Shown: piece after piece, positions 34,962 through 36,320 of the stretch
Layout of the letters: every line of letters starts with the position of its first letter
Numbering within the stretch: the stretch's first letter is position 1
Assembly: GCA_002245135.1 (NCBI GenBank)
Contig: NGBS01000656.1
Coordinates: 1-36,320, forward strand
Direction of reading: 5' to 3'
Length of the DNA: 36,320 bases
Source of the DNA: Proteromonas lacertae
Taxonomy: Eukaryota
Translations under genes and position numbers: made by a program
The notes under the pieces: generated by a model
Told to the model about the DNA's origin: nothing
What the model saw: only the letters and a program-made list of their open reading frames with translations
The model's database searches: none

Positions 34962-36320
34962 TTAGAATAATCTGTTCAAAGCATCAATATATTGAGATAA
35001 ATTTGATAAAGTCTGATGTTCTTTCTCAGGTAAATCTTTATTCATCAACTCTAATACTTTCAATTTACTTTCTTCATCAATCTCATTATATTTACAAATC
35101 AAATCACCATCAATAAAACCACTACTTTCACAACTTGTCTTATGAAATACGAATTTTCTCCAATTATTATAATCTAAACCTCCAATTCCTTTTATCACTT
35201 CATTCAATGAGTTTTGTAAGTGAATCAAATAATTATATTGATCAATATTCAATATTCCAATTATACCAATTTCACCATTGTTTGTTGTAAATACATATTT
35301 TGGAGTGGGAAGATCGGAATTTTCAGCAAATAATTGCGTATTTACAAGTGTTCCTTCTCTTATTGATGTTATTACTGAGCCATAATGATATAATCCACTG
35401 ATATCTAATGTTAGTCTTCCTTCATCAGTTTGATCATCCACTTTCTTCACTAATGAATATAAATCACCTTCTACATCAGATACTAAAATACTATTTAAAT
35501 AATAATTATTATTAAAATATATATACTTATCATTATCAACCATTATACAATCTCTTACCATTCCAGATCGAAAATCTCTAGCTATCTCTTCAATTGAATT
35601 TGTATCATTATCATATAAATATAGAAATATTGACTGTAATACATCACCTACTACTATATAATTATCATTAGTATCTAACGCTGTTATTATGACATGATTT
35701 GCCAATTTACATTCCATCGTTAATAGCATATTATTATCTTTAGATTTGGTTGAATATAAATATAACTATTATTATTAACATATAAAATATTATACAATAT
35801 TATTAACTCCAGCTAATATCTTATTCTTAAATTCTTTCATCACATAAACACATCCATTTACATCATATGATAGAACCAATGTTAATTTCGCTTCATCTGT
35901 ATCATTTTGGATGGTAAATATCAAGATTCGTCCATGTTTACAGTTCTCTTCTCCTTCCACTATAAATCCAGTTCCTGCTACTAAATATGTCTGATCTGTA
36001 CCAAATGAACTAGTCATTAAACTACAACAAATCTCTAAATTTTCACATAAGAATTTGTCTATTAATTCAAAATTCTATTCATAATAATAATAATAATAAC
36101 ATACTGATTCACTGTAGATTGCTATGGAACTTTGATATGGATCACTTGCTTCAGGTAAATCAGATAAAGATACTGCAAAATAATGATAATCTGACCAATA
36201 TTCACTTCTTCGGATTTGAGAACGATTATTTAATTGATTTGTGTTGGAGATAATACTGCTACTTCCTATATCATCACTTCTCTTGTGTAAATCACAACCA
36301 AATGATTGAATATGTAATTT
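34962..36320 (-). CDS. DDB1: DNA damage-binding protein 1 (DDB1), 3' part, several ~30-nt introns
   Basis: VAGTG...E....GRILIF, V.GCVY....F..KILAGVN, IVVGD...S, EEIARD, LQ.SL..VIK.IG.L....WR.F and GFIDGDLI match the DDB1 CPSF_A C-terminal region. Confidence 0.9.

Noticed and set aside
1..36320. Genome-wide alternative genetic code
   Set aside because: DDB1, the hAT transposase, the DUF1647-like gene and the 823-aa ORF end in TAA or TGA, and their long exons have no internal TAR. ORF breaks in host genes are explained by short introns or single-base indels.

Overview
AT-rich eukaryotic DNA with ~27-45 nt GT-AG introns and TGTTTGTT motifs just downstream of some genes, which suggests a Blastocystis-like gut stramenopile. 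From left to right: (1) 1-8820 is the right part of an endogenous virophage/Polinton-like virus. It holds a probable major capsid protein C-terminus, a small pVI-like amphipathic/basic protein, a 1221-aa membrane-associated protein, a frameshifted retroviral-type integrase, intron-bearing genes and a terminal hairpin ending in (CTAT)n. (2) A cluster of host glycan-modifying genes (DUF1647-like, CgtA-like, nucleotide-diphospho-sugar transferase-like). (3) Two members of an unfamiliar, GC-richer element family (about 10946-14707 and 16790-24608) plus an orphan fragment. They are bounded by inverted termini carrying ~200-bp nested hairpins (collapsed at element A's right end), sit in (AT)n runs, encode no recognisable transposase and carry different cargo: a host-like DUF229 gene in one, an 823-aa virus-fibre-like protein and a CxxC zinc-finger protein in the other. 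(4) A complete hAT transposon with an 8-bp target-site duplication. (5) A large multi-exon Crinkler/RHS-type gene with two NTPase-nuclease modules. (6) The 3' part of DDB1. Many single-base frameshifts may be sequencing errors rather than real pseudogenisation. All family assignments come from motif recognition by eye, not database searches.
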